A DNA stretch of 64,000 nucleotides from Pseudogymnoascus verrucosus (lineage: Eukaryota), in NCBI GenBank assembly GCA_001662655.1, contig KV460262.1. The stretch is one strand, 5' to 3'. The translations under genes were made by a program, and so were the position numbers. Below, piece after piece: positions 46,843 through 62,928 of this stretch; position 1 is the stretch's first letter; every line of letters starts with the position of its first letter. A model generated the notes under the pieces. It saw nothing but the letters and a program-made list of their open reading frames with translations, had not been told where the DNA came from and searched no databases.

Positions 46843-47411
46843 AACTGGGCTCAGGGTTGTATTATATATAGAAGTTCGGAGCATATGTAAAATATTTATT
46901 GTAGTTTTCTCGTCTGCTGTATGTCACATTTACAAAGATCACTCGTCGTTGGCAGTCAAAACATTCGCAGTAGATCATAAGTAGGTCTCGTGAGATATAT
47001 CAAGGGGCCGAGAAGTGAGATTACCACTATGTTGATACTTAGCTGGTTTATTAATTGACCTTTCGAATGTGAATAATCGATAATATTGATATAAAGTTAA
47101 TAACTATAACTAGTAATTTTGGACTAAATAGTAAAATGGTATCATATCAACTGTGACTCTAAAAACCCAAAATAACTCTACGAACATATATATAAAACAT
47201 AATACTACACACAGAATATAATAGCCCATAACCGTGCTACACATTAAGAGTTAACTAATTATTCGTGAGTAAAGTAATCAATTCGTTCGAAAGTCTGGTT
47301 CGGACCCTGCCCAGGCTTCTGCTCCCCGCATAATTAATACTCCGAGACCCTGTCCAAAACCATGCTTCAAGCTCTCCACAACCACATCACTACAACCAAT
47401 TCACAGCGAAC

Positions 47412-48279
47412 ATGCCTCCCAGGATCCAATTGCGCAGAAATGCGCTGGCGCAGATACTCACAAGCTCAAGAAGCCCCCTCAGACTCCACACACTGTAAGT
47501 ACCCCTCAATTGCCCACCAGAACTCCACATGTACTAACTCCCCCAGAAGACCCAGGGCTCCCACACCCTCCACCACCGCCATCCTGCCCACCCTCTCCCT
47601 CCGCACCCTCACCACCACCCCGGCCCTCTACAAGAAAGGCAAAAACACAGCCCCCCGCGACTCTCAAAAGACCGGCACCAAAGAAGCCCCCGAAGAATGG
47701 GACCCTGAGGACTTCAGCGCCCTGCGCGCCGGCATCGTCAAAGCAAACGACAAGCTGAGCGCCGACCTCGCCAAGCTACGCACTGGCGGGCGCTTCAACC
47801 CCGAGCTCCTCGAGAACGTGCGCGTGCACCTAGACAAAGACTCTAAGAAGACGCACCGCGTGGGCGAGCTGGCGCAGGTGATCCCCAAGGGCGGGCGCAG
47901 CGTCATGCTCCTCGTCGGCGAGAAGGACCACATCAAGCCTATCATAAGCGCGATTCAAAATGCCAAGGAGCTGAATCTGCAACCCGTGCCTGACCCTCAT
48001 AATTCCAGCCAGCTGAATGTGCCGCTGCCGGCACCAACTAAGGAGAGTAGGGATGCGGCGCTGGCGGCGGCGCATGATGTTGGGGAGACGGCTAAGGCGG
48101 CAATTACGGCGGCGAGAGGGGTGATGCAGAAGAAGCTGAGGCAGATGGAGATTAAGAAAACGGCGCTGCCGGATGAGTTGAAGAAGGCGCATAAGGAGAT
48201 GGAGAAGATTGTCCAGGGGGCTGTGGCGGACGTGAAGAAGACCGTAGATGCGGCCAGGAAGGGGATGGAGCAGGCATAG
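47412..48279 (+). CDS. RRF1: Mitochondrial ribosome recycling factor
   Basis: Presequence exon 47412-47494, intron 47495-47546, then LAKLRTGGRFNPELLENVRV, LAQV, LNLQP, VPLPAPTKESR. Confidence 0.85.
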
Positions 48280-48316
48280 ACTTAGCAATAGCAAGGTCAT
48301 ATACGTCAGCGCATCT

Positions 48317-48473
48317 AGTTCGAGTCCAAGCAGCAGCTTGAGTCTTACATCTCGAGGGTTGAGGAGATCATCTCTGACCCAACGATGTCCCTCAAGATCA
48401 AGCGCGGACAAAAGGAGAAGATTGAGTCTGCTCTCAGCGAGGCCATGGCCCAGCTCGAGATCGAGGACTCGTC
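48317..48473 (+). repeat. 157-bp perfect inverted duplicate of SSB coding sequence (48907-49063)
   Basis: Base-by-base reverse complement of 48907-49063 with no mismatch seen. Confidence 0.95.
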
Positions 48474-48836
48474 TGGTTATTCGAAGATAAATTGAAGTAA
48501 GATATCTTTATATTAAGTAGGAAATATAACAGTGTAGTTTATTAGAAACGATGAAGCATGAAATCACAATTAAACTAGTCACGTTCACATCAGAGAGGCA
48601 CCGCAAGGTATATTTTTTAAGTTTTCAATTACTTGCGCATTTCGTAATTCTACAATGCGCGGAAAGGACGTGATGAAATAGTGGGAAACATCCTTGAACC
48701 ACATCTCAGTCGGAACTTTTGGAACCCAGAGAACTCGAGCCAATCCAGATATGCCAGCCATGTCGTGAAATTCATGCGTCGAAATCGTTTTCCTACGCCT
48801 GGTTGCGGCCCGGGTACAATACAATCAAAACCATAT

Positions 48837-51198
<2,362 letters not shown>

Positions 51199-52105
51199 GT
51201 TGGAGTGTAGTGAGGTGGTGGTGAATTGGAGGAGGATGGGTTGTGGATGTTGAGGGAAGAGAAGAAATCGAATATTTCGGGAACGGTTGGTCAAATATCC
51301 GACCTCTGAACTTTTTTGAGTGGGAGCCGCTAGAGCTAATCTTCGCCTAGCGGCTGGTTGCCCCACTTATGGATTTTTCTTAAAACTAACCCATAGCGGC
51401 TTCACTTTTTCAGACGATATTTAATCGGTTCGGCCAATCAGACGGCGTTCAATGGAAAAATAAATCAAAATAACGATTAATATCTATCAGAACTACTCGT
51501 GTCGCCCGAAGTATGTAGAGAAACTGTGCAATGCGGCGGCGATTATAGTAGCCATAGTTAAAATAATGGCATTCAGTCTCAGAGCTGCAATCAATGGGCC
51601 AGTCACTCATACGCAGAGATAAAAGAATAATTTCTATCAGCATAAATAACTGGTATGAATCCTCTGGTAAGGCCGTCCGTCTTCAGACTTCTAGAAATTA
51701 GGAGTATAGAATTTAAATATTTGTTTCTTCTGTTAAACGCCACATAGAATTTAATTAGTTAAATCATTTCATTAATCGGTTATCATTTTTGCCACCATTT
51801 CATGTATTGGTCCTGCACGGAATTTTATTTTCGAGCTAAATAATCTCATTGAACTGTTTTCATTCTTGCCACTTAGAGCAGCAGGGCCATCTATTCTGTA
51901 CACTATGACTGAAGGCCTCGTTTTGGATCTTCATTAAAACCAACTCCGCCCATGCCATCAAGTTAAGAAACAAATCCAGATACCCAATCCCCCATTAAAC
52001 TCCCAATAACTAGCCCAGTACCTGCCCAAGACTTCATCTGTATGCTGGTTGTACAAGTTCAAACAAGCCGCCAGCATACCGCAACGGCGGTGGCCATGTA
52101 CCCTT

Positions 52106-54679
52106 CTATCTCAATAGATTCGCAAATATAGTGACCTTCTCAAGCTCGACTTCCTGACCAATGGCCGCCCTCGACGCTCCCTTGGGAAGTGCAGCAATAA
52201 GTTCCACCTCGATCCTGTTCACTCCTGGCAGAAGGCGTGCTTCAAACAGAGGGTTCTTGTGATCGATTGGCTGCCCTGGCACCTGCGGCATTGCGACTAG
52301 GCGTTGTGTGCCCGAGGTCACAAAGAGCTTGTGTTGGCGCTCCATCAACGAATTGGCAATCGTCGGCTTTATCTGTAGGTAGTAGTGTGTATGCGGCAGA
52401 TTAATCGTGATGCTTTGCTGTGTCATCGTCGGCGACGGCGGGAGGTCCATGTGGAAATGGCGGGTTAAGTGGAGTCCGGGGTGGGTGGATAGATGCAGGT
52501 TGGTTATCATAGAATCAGATGCATCTAATATAGTCAGTTTCGGATTGTTTATGTAGGACGAAATAGGCTTACCTTTTCCTGGAAGACGCCACTTGGAGTC
52601 GAATGTTGGAACTGGCGGGGGTTGATATGGAGAAGGCTGTATGTGCCCGTAACCTGGGGTTGTGCCGTTCAGATGATGTCCATTCACCGCCACTGCAGGA
52701 CCAAGTCCAGTAGGAGGCGCCATAGAGACGCCATTGATTTGCGTAGCTGGTAACCCCTGGACGCCGGCCACTGAGGAGGGTTGCATCGCAGGGGATGGCC
52801 GATCCTCGCTTTTTACTGGCGCAGATACCGACAGCGTGGGCGAGTTTACAGATCCAGATATGCTTCTTCCTCTATCGATATGGGCAACTGCCGAAGCTGG
52901 GCGGACCGAGCCGCCAGGTGCAGCTTCCCTCGACGAAGCACCATTTGCGAGGGGAGTTGGGGGCGTTTCCCTGGGTGACTCAGCAGGGCTTCCTTTGGCA
53001 CCCATACGTAGCATTATCTTGGTCCCAGCTTCTGGAGCCGAAACCTTCAACTTGAGCTTTTGCTGGGGTGGCTCTTGGACGACCTTCTTCGCTGCGGCAA
53101 GGCGTTTGTTGAAGAAAATCTTTGGTTGTAAATTAGTATCAGATATGAATAGACCTGCGGTTTAGCTTACCTCGAGATTGTCAGCAAGTGCGGAGATGGC
53201 GCTTCCATCTTCATTGTAATGCTTGGCATTCTTCCAAATAGATGAAACCTCCTCTTCGAAGGCATCCCAGCTTTTGAAATCCGACGTGCCAATAGTTTCA
53301 CTTCTGGTGTGGCTACCGCGTATGTGTTTTCTCAGCGTATTGAAGCTGACAGGATGCGGGATTACTTGATAGTAATCTTTGAGCTTGCGATCTGGAAGTT
53401 TGATAAACGGCTCGAAGGTTGGATACTCATCACTACATCGCAAGTTAGTGCTGATTCTCAAACGAAATCTAGAAGACGTACTCTTCATCCTCCTTGTAGT
53501 GAGTCAGCTCTTCCACGATTTTCTCTTGTGCTTGCTGGAAGTTAAGACCATTGAACGAACCGCCGACTTTGACGACTCCATCCTGCCCACCAGGAGTGGA
53601 AGTGGCTCGTCGCTGTCTCTCTAGCTCGAACGCTGCGGGGTTCTTCGGTGGACGCCCTGGCCTTCGTTTGGCGGAACCAGGGACAGCAACCTCTGAGGTA
53701 GGTGTCATGGAAGCTTCTATTTCCGTGCCCGTCACCTCATGGTCACTTTCGCCTTCTGCGTCAATATCTTCCACTGCAATCGCAGTAGTACCGTCGTCAG
53801 GAATCGGTGTCGGGAAAGACTGGTATTTAGGGTCCTTATATGCTGGGTTCTTCTTTTGCATGAAAGCCGTAACAATTTTGCGGATCCGCTCAGCATCTTT
53901 GTGTATCAGGGACTCTCTTTCGTTGTAGTCTTTGGCATTTTGGACCAGACGTTTCCAGTAACTCTCCAACGATGTAAGCGTAGGGAACTCGCGGTTGTTC
54001 AGCTTGGCCTCAATCATATCGATGGCGATGGGCATTTTTGTCCTTTTGAAGTAATCGGGAATGGCATCTCTACTGGGTAGAGTGAGGAAGTCATTAACTG
54101 CAGGTCGTCCTCTGTTGACAATTAGCATGGACCCCTCAAGGAATGTCGTCTTGATAGTAATGCGTTATGTTCAGAGATGGACAATGTGGGTTATCATTGT
54201 CGATAAGACACCCTCCTCATGGATATGTTGTATCGGAGCTTTTCTTACCTTTTGTCTCTGGTATTCTTAATCTGTTCCAGCAATTCCAAGCCAACTTGGG
54301 ACGTTGATTCTGACGTCTCGCCATAACTGGAAACCGAATCCTAGAAGAGAAAACCATATTAGCAGCTGGCTTAATTACTTCTGTCCCGTACGGGTATCTG
54401 TGGAGAGCTTCGGTAGAGTGCGTTTAACTCGAGGAGCCCATCGACCTCCGTTTGATAAGGCCCAAGGTGGAGTGGGAGCAAGCAGCCATGCGTCATTGGC
54501 AAGTATTTCCCCTGTCGCAACCCATCCGTCCCTCCAATTCAACAACAAATTTACATCGCAACGGGGCCAGCAACAACAAGGAACAGTAGGCTTACTGATA
54601 CTTTACGCCTCTTTGCGCCGCGATCGTCCAATTCATCTGCCGTAGATGCAGCACCGTTGGCCTTGCGCTTCGAATCCAT
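52106..54679 (-). CDS. Tandem-bromodomain chromatin remodelling subunit (Rsc4-like)
   Basis: Two bromodomains (FLTLPSRDAIPDYF...PIAIDMI...NAKDYN; FIKLPDRKLKDYYQVIPHPVS...NAKHYNEDGS), an AT-hook-like KRRPGRPPK and C-terminal LLPGVNRIEVELIA; multi-intron. Confidence 0.75.
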
Positions 54680-55657
54680 TGTTGCGCCGTGCAATCGGTG
54701 TCGCGTAAAGTTGGCGATTACGACACGCACGGTATCGGAGCTTTTCGAGTATGTTGCGCCAGTCAATGAGTCGAATTGTAACTGGCGTCAACGGGGTGAA
54801 CCGCGCAAAGATGGGGTTTGACGCGATTATTGTGGTAGGGATGATCGGAATTGGAGAGGTTTCGACGCGCGCACGGCAAGGCGAAGGCGACAGAGCTCCA
54901 GAATCGTCCCGTTCAAGACAAGAGAATGTCTGTGCACAACAGATGTGTTCTCACTTTGCGTTTGAAGAACCGTTAATGTTTATAGAGTACGAGAAATCCG
55001 ATGATAGACTCCGAATAGCCTCAATTTCCAAATATATATTTATATATATCGTATATACGACACCTGTCTGAAGCTCTCGCCAGGCTGTTTTGTGTGGGTA
55101 GAGCATAGACAGTATGGTCATGTGACTTCGCTATCAATTGCCCCAACGCCAATCAGGCCTCAGGCACACATCTGATAAGCAGGCACCGAAGTAAACAAAA
55201 GAACCCCGAAAAGGAATTCGATATATAGAGAATCCCAACGTTTATTTTTGTGTTTCACCGTTTTGTTGTATTCTGGCCTTTTTAACTGTGATCACGACTT
55301 TTTCAACATTACGCCCTTTGATTCGCGCCTCATAGACGCCCTGAGACGTAGTTCATCCGGTAAACCGGTTGGAGGTTCCATTCCCCCACCCCCACTGTTC
55401 CTGTTGGCTAGGAAAGCGCATACATACAACGTCCCAAGCCCACCAAACTTCTCCCACTCACCAGGGATCCCTCACTCCTCACGGGCACGACCTCAACGCT
55501 CCCGCCGAGCACTCAAGAATCTGTCTACTGCCTGCCTCATCGCTATAGCAGTTACTCAACTCGACATTGTCCAGTTCGACTGAACCTGCGTCTACCTGCG
55601 ACCTCATCGCGTTGGGTAGTTCACCAGCCGTCAAATACCCCACCTTGGTAAACAAAC

Positions 55658-56223
55658 ATGGCGGACACGGATTACAACAGACGGAACAAGGCACCACGAC
55701 CTCTGTCGGAGGCCGAAAAGGAGCGCCTGGAGGAATATATCGACTCAATTCACTACTCTCCTCGGTACGTTCTGTCGCCCACAACCCCGCACTATAGACG
55801 CGGGGCAGATTCAAAAACATGTGGGAGCACGTTGGTGTGTAAACAGGCACTAATACCCAATCCAGTTATTCCGACGATGACTACGAATACAGACATGTTC
55901 AACTACCAAAGGCTATGCTGAAGGCCATCCCAAAAGAATATCATGATCCGTCAAAAGGGACCTTGAAATTGCTCTGGGAAGAAGAATGGAGAGCGATAGG
56001 TATTACCCAGGTACGGAGATATACCCCCCCACCCCCACAGTTATATAACCGTTGCTAATACTTTAATTACAGAGTCTAGGATGGGAGCATTACGAGGTGC
56101 ACGAACCGGAACCACATATCCTCTTGTTCAAGTAAGCTTCCCACCGTTCTGAAACCGAAAAAAAAAGGAAGCATCCTAACAATCCCCAGACGCCCGATCA
56201 ACTACGTGCCCCCGGCACAATGA
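55658..56223 (+). CDS. CKS1: Cyclin-dependent kinase regulatory subunit Cks1/Suc1
   Basis: [57 protein letters not shown] across three introns. Confidence 0.96.
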
Positions 56224-57221
56224 GCCCACCCTCCTCTTTAAATAGACACTACGGCGTTCATCAACAGCGGTGCCGCTCGCGGCGGCTCTAGATTTCAGCA
56301 CGAAGCGGAGTTCGGAATTCACAATCAGCATATTTTTTGCATGCGTGTGCGTCGACGAGTTTTCGACGCCTGACATCATGTCCCTCGTCATCTCGAAAAT
56401 GGACTTCCAGCTGACACATACTGGGTTATTCTTCGAATAAGTATTGTCTTGTGTATCAAACCAGTGCGTTAAGACGGGTTTTTATGACAGATATTTCTGA
56501 ATTCAATGATGGAACTATGCTTAAAGTGCCTTCGGTGAATCTCCAGTGCTTTGCATCTGGATTTGTTGGACTGATGTCTATGTGAATCTCCCGTGGCCTT
56601 GGAAATATCCGACTTTTATTGCCTCTGCCTGGACCCTGGCTACGACCCCTCGGATAAGACTGCTCCCTTTACCTTTCCTTCCCCTGCCCCGGCAACAGCT
56701 CACCAGATCCAAAGCACTATATCTTAAAACCCTCTACCATCATCCTCATTGACCACTCCACCACTCCACCCTCTCATTATCTCTTCACTTTCTTTCTTTG
56801 CCTGAAAAGCATAGGAGTATATACAACAAGACACAATTTCACTTGCATGGCACTTCTCATTTCAGGAGGTGAATCTCATCGCATTTCCTGCTGGTATATA
56901 TGCCTGCATTACCCCTCCAACCCTGGCATCATAATTCCTGGGTCCTTCCTCAAGTCTGCTCCTGTTGAGACTGGCGACACCCGCGCACCATCTTCAAAAA
57001 TCATCGCAAATGCATCCATAAATCAATAAACCAAATAACTCGCTGCCCATTGCTCCCGAATTATTCCTGGCCCTTTTCGCAACCGTTCCCAGAGTGGTAA
57101 AGATTCGCCGGTGCCTATGTCTTTGGCCGTATAATATCCATCTGCCGCATAATTCCCATGTCCATCAATTCACCATATAACGCCCATGCCCATCAATCCG
57201 CCGTGCAATGCCGAGACCCAT

Positions 57222-57763
57222 CTATCCACCGTGCGACGCACTGAACACATCAATCAAGTCATGGTTCTCAATCCCCAGCTGCCACTCAGTTAGCCACACA
57301 TCCCACTCTCACCCCCCACCCCCCCTCCAACATAAAAAAAAGCCCAAAACAAACTCACCTGCCTCGCCGTCAAAGGCTTATAGTAATCAATCCTCATATT
57401 ATCCGGCAAGTAGAAGAACAGATCCCAAGCCATGAACCTCCCCCCCCAATCGTTTCTCCAAGTCTCCAAACACCAATCAATCGCATGTTTCATGATCGTG
57501 TCCGGCCCAATCTTGAACACCAGCTCCTTGCGCGGTCCATGGCGGAATGTCACGTACATGGCCTCTTGGCTGCCGTGGGAGAGGTCGAAGTCGTGGGGGA
57601 TCGCGATGGGTTGGCCGATGAATTGGTTGGCTTTGAGTTGGGTGGCGAGGAGCTCGATGAGTTGGGGGCCTTGGCCGTTGGCGAGGGCGGCTTGGATGAT
57701 GGCGAGGGGGTCGGTGGGTGAGTTGCTCCTGCTGCGGCTGGAGGGGGCGGAGAGGACGGCCAT
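57222..57763 (-). CDS. Divergent SUMO-like (ubiquitin-fold) protein ending in Gly-Gly
   Basis: Exon 1 at 57763-57359, intron at 57358-57279 (GTGAGT...GCTAAC...CAG), exon 2 at 57278-57222 encoding LGIENHDLIDVFSASHGG*; 153 aa. Confidence 0.7.
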
Positions 57764-58685
57764 TGTGGTGGAAGTGTTGGGGTTGAAGTGAGGTTTTGGT
57801 GGATGTGTTGTTGGTATAATGGCTTGAGTTGTGGAGGTTGGTATGGTATGTAGGATGATAGAAGCTGAGGAGGATCGAGGACCTGAATTTATACTCGTCT
57901 CGGACTCGGCTGGTTAATGTAGGCACCCACTGCCTGGACCTTTCGAAACGATCTGAGACAAAGAAGTAAAGAGGAGAAGAGGTGAAGAAAGCCGGAGCTG
58001 TTTCTATCTGTCTGTGTCCGTGTTGTGGAAGACTGGAGACTTGAATTTATATTGGCCTCAGACTTGCTTGGTTTAGGCTTCAACTGCTTCAACTTCTTCG
58101 AGACGGCCTGAGAACCTGGGAATAAAGAATGGAAGATGTGAAGAAAGGTGTAGCTGTCTATATATGTTTGTGTCCGTGTTGTAGAAACTCAAAGGGACCT
58201 CCAAGATCTTGGTGGAAGTTGCGGTTAGGCAAAAGTCAGTCTGTGGAAGACTGCAGCAATTTATATTACTTCGCGAGCCTGGTCAAGAACTTGTAGGAAA
58301 GTATTTTGAAAGAAAAATAGCTTCCCCTTGTAATATAGGAAGGCAAGAAAAATAGCTGTCAGATATCCCAAGGCATGGACACAGTGGTAGCAGAGTATAA
58401 TATTATAACCCATGAGATGGAATGGTAAGAGCGGATATCTATCTTTCATTTCCAAAATTCCGAACAGACGACTGGTTCTCCCAAGAACCGCATATATACT
58501 TTATCTCCCACCCCCCATCTTCCCCCCCGTTGATAGTTTATGAGTTTCTTTCAACATACTATGTATCTCTATCCCACCCACCCAAAAAAACGCCATCGCT
58601 GATGCAAACCGAACCCAAAATATTTCCCATTTCCCAGAAAATCCCCCCTCTTTTGGCGTAATAAAAGTAGAAAGGGCGAGCCGCC

Positions 58686-60703
58686 CTAATAGAACTCCTC
58701 TGGGGCTGGGACGCGTTTCCAACCCCAGGTGCGCATCGGAATGGGGAGACCGATGTAGTTGTGCCATAGGCGATTGAGCTCATTTGTGAAGATGTGCCAT
58801 CTGTTTTGGTGTTAGTTACTCTTATCTATAGTGATATCCGTGAAGATAGAAAGGGGAGCAAACTTACGCAACCTTGGGAAACCCAATCCACTGCTTAAAG
58901 ATATATATCACGATTCGGTAAATGAGCCACGTCTCATTGCAAATCGCCTCCCACACCGTCTCCTCCGTGGTATCCCGGAGCCTACGATGATCACCAATGA
59001 CCTTCTGGATATCCTCATCCTCATCCTCATCCTCATCATCCTCAGCCATCTCTCGGCGTTCCTTCTCCGTCATCTCACTCGTATCCTTGAAGCTCTTCCC
59101 CGGCACCTGCTGTCTCCCCAGCCTCTCCCGATCCGTAATCACATGATACTTCTCCCCCTTTCCTTTCTCCGCTGCGCTATCTTCGGCATCAACCAGGTCT
59201 CTGAACTTGCTAACCGCGTTCAGAGAGCTGCTGATCCTAGCGAGTGTGTTGAACAGAGCCACCAGCTCCGTCCGCTTCAGTTGCGGCGCAACTTGCAGAT
59301 CACCCTCCAGCGCGTGCGGGTTGTCAAACTCAAACAGAACCTTCAGCGCCGTACCGTAGCCGTTTGTCTGCAGCTTTCCCCACAGACGGCACTTATCGCA
59401 CCCAACACAGTCCATCAAACGGCTAATATTGCGGAAACGGTTACGGAAGTCCTCTTTCAAGCTCGGTCCCTCGCCATTAACAAACATCAAGCTCTCATCG
59501 AAGATATTCGGCTCACGGGCCGCCTGAGCTGAGATGGCGAGGACTTTGCTCTTCGTTTCCGCATCCTGCGTGGGGTCACCTGAGCAGTACGTGTAATCGT
59601 TCAAATACGGTCCCAGCTTAGCCACGGCGCGTACGACGAGGGCGTAGTTGAAGTACAGGTTCGAGATGCGCTCCGGGTGCTCGTGCAGCCTCTCACGGTA
59701 GCAAGTCAGATTCGGACCCCATTGGCCAGTAAGCTGGTTGAGCGAGTCCTGGCAGATATGTGCGCTGATACTCGCGTGCATACCCGACACCACGCGGTAG
59801 AACACGCGCTTCTCCAAGCACTCATCCTCATTCTCGAAGCCCGTCTCAGCGCTCGGTGCATTTCCCAGTAGCGGAGCATGCTTCGCACCGCCCTGCATCA
59901 CGAACTTAAGCTCGTTGGCGGCGGGGAACTGCATGCTGGCGGTCTTCGGCTTGCCGAGAGACGCGGACTTGGGGAAGGACGAGCGGCTGAAGCAGTTCTC
60001 GCGGTATATGGCGTCCCAGACTTGGTTTGCGCTCGCGCCGCCGTATCCGGTGAAGCGCTCTGGGTTGTCGACTAGACTCACGTAGTCGCCCTTGGCTGTG
60101 GCGGACTCGTCTTCTGGTACACAGTAGTCCCTGCTATCGCACTCGTCGTCGTATTCCATCACGCAACTCTCCGCTGTGTCCTCTCCCAGCATGCCCTGTA
60201 GCGGCCTCTCGGGACCGCGCTCGGCTTGTTGCTTTCGTCCGGGGTGAACGGCTTTTGGTCCTTGCAGCTTTGATAACTCCTCCGCGCGCCAGACAAGTGG
60301 TATATCCTCCTCGTTATCGAGTGTGTTTACGGCGCAGGCAATGTTGCCGCACATGCTGCTTTCGTCGTTCCAGAAGGGACATTGCTTATTAAATAGGTTG
60401 AGGCGGTAGTATGCAAAAAAGTCGGTGTGCTTGGTGAGATCCTCGACCGCGGGGCTGATCGCCTTGTTTAGATTGTCGATTGTAGAGTAGGAGGCGCATG
60501 CATCGGAGACAATTGCCTTTGGGTGGATCTGTAGGTGGTCAGAGTGGCAACGCAAGGATGGACGGTAAGGGATGGGCTGGACTTACGGCGCATTCGTCGG
60601 CGGCTTCGGGGAGGATGTTTCTCGCGACTGCTTCGCTGTTTGCATCTGACGTATGCAAGAGCGCAAACACAGCGAGGTAGAAGAGTTGTGCTGCTGTCCT
60701 CAT
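58686..60703 (-). CDS. ERO1: ER oxidoreductin Ero1
   Basis: Signal peptide, CPFW...CGNIAC, LVDNPERFTGY, YRVVSGMHASI, MDCVGCDKCRLWGK (CxxCxxC); two introns. Confidence 0.96.
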
Positions 60704-61732
60704 GGTGGCGATGGGGATTTTTTCTGGCGACGCAAGGCCAGCACCTTTACAATTGGGAACTCGTGAAGCGCCCGGAGTCTCTGGAAATGACGCAGATGGC
60801 TGTTTCCAGATTGTAAAGTTTCCAGCGGACTGGCAGTGTATATATCTATTGATCCCTCAATTTAGACCTGTCGAAAGATCTCAAAGAAAGTGCTTCCAAT
60901 CCAATTAAGGTCCAGGAATTTGGGGCGTGGCTCAAAGCGGTATAACTTTCGAGAAAGTCACTTAAACTTAAAAAGTACAGAACCAAACTCTTCAATCATA
61001 AATGGCCGGCATGGTATTGAAAATGGGGAAAATATAAATACAAAAGAGTGATTTCAAATCGGAAATGTTGTGTTTACAAAGCCAGGGTAATTTAGTCCTG
61101 TACCTTTCGCTTCAACGTGTCCATTCCTACCGTCTGATAATCTGATTCAAGGCCCGGCGGGAGGGTCGGACGACGGATTAAAGGTCCCGCCACCAAGTGG
61201 CGATCACCAACCGACCAATCACTCAACACAGATGATCCAGCCACCACCCCCGTGCCTGAATTCACAAGTGTAACCAGTTAACTTATATGGAACTTATTGT
61301 TTATTGCCGCCAATGGCTATTTTCAAATTTATTTAATCAATGCCCGTACTAATATTAATACAATTGCCCGCGGACTTCAAGAATGCTCAAATAATTCCAG
61401 CTGACAAGCTCTAAAAGCAACGTGGCTTCTTCTCATATTGTATCACTCGTGCCACAGCCCATCACTAATCGTACATCGCGACGGGTAGTGCCAATATGAG
61501 TGAGTGCCACGTAGGAAAGAATATTCCGACCCCATATCCCAATAAGTACTTCACTTGCCTACCCCGCGCTCTTCCCCGCCCCCTAATGACGGTACTGGAG
61601 CCATGACCTCGCTGGTGCTTGGCAGTGAGATCAACTCTAGGGGCAACTATAAAGCACATCTCGTGACATAGAAGCTGACTGAAGAGTGAACAGTCATAGG
61701 AGCTGATATAGATGCAATGCTTTTTGAGCACT

Positions 61733-62928
61733 TCACTCTTCAGTTGGCTTTTTGTTCTTTCTTAAGCTCCCAAATCGGCGTTTGATACCATCACCGAATT
61801 TGCGCCCTATAGAGCTTGGTCTCCCGTTTCTCTCAAACTCCGGATACCTCGCAGCATCCGATGGCGAGCCCCGTTGCTCAGGTCCAATGCTGCTGGTACT
61901 TCGCTGATGAGACGACGGCCTTGACCTTGGTGTTGGTTGCATTTCGTAGACAAAGTTGTTCTCCGAGGCAATCCTCCTATGACTAGGCCCCTTGCCCCTT
62001 GCTGCGTCGGCAGAAAACGACGGCTCGCCCTTTCCTTTATAATCTTCTGGTAGGTATTTCTAATTTCATCGTTAGTGATCCTATCTGGCATGCACATTAA
62101 AAGTTAAGTGGACTTACTACTCCATCCCATCTTTTATAGGCCCCACCAGGCGCGTCAGAGTCCCTCATTAAGTCATCACCCTCGGTGTAGTCCATGACCT
62201 GCCCAGATTCGAGTCGTCCCCCAGGAGGCACAATGCCGACCCCATACAACGGAACATGCCTGCGAAGCGCATCTTCGATGTTCTCCTGGGGAGTAGCTTT
62301 CAATGCCTCTGCATTTGATGAACGAACTGCATCGATAGGACTCTGATACTTGCTCGTATTCCTTGCGAGGAGAGTGGCATCGTAAGGTCCTTCGTGATGA
62401 TAGAGCTGGTCCATGGAAGCATCCAAGCTATCGATAAGGTCTGCTCGAGGGAGATGCTTTTTCTTCAGATGTGGCGCTTGGCTGGCCAACTTATTCTGTT
62501 TCCTAATCACATCAAGAGGTCGGTGGGACACATCTCCAGGGTACCTCTGGCTCAGAGAACCATGGCGTTGTCTTGGAGGTCCCCTCGGGAGTGGTTTGTC
62601 GTTGAGAGCCTGACCTCCCTGGGCTTGCTGGCCGACGTCGATTAGGGGTTGCTGAGGTTGGGGATCACGGAATGGGTTTCTCGATGATAACTTGGACTGA
62701 GATGACCTCGTCGAGGCCGGAGGGGTTGGCGTGAGTTTCTTGTCCAACGTGGACCCAAAGTGAGTCCCCGGGCCTGTGAGCTGGCTGGGCTCTGGAGCCG
62801 TGAGAGGGTCAAGGAGATACTTCGACGCCTGGAACAGTCACTGTCAGCGATCATTGCAAGCAAAACTACCATATGCACGCACCGAAGGGGAAGCTTACCC
62901 AGTCTTTATCTTCAGATGTGCTACCCAT
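61733..62928 (-). CDS. Pal1-family cell morphology / endocytic protein
   Basis: MGSTSEDKDW|ASKYLLDPL, NPF motif, DLIDSLD...YHHEGPYDATL...SPIDAV, C-terminal IKRRFGSLRK; two introns. Confidence 0.82.
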
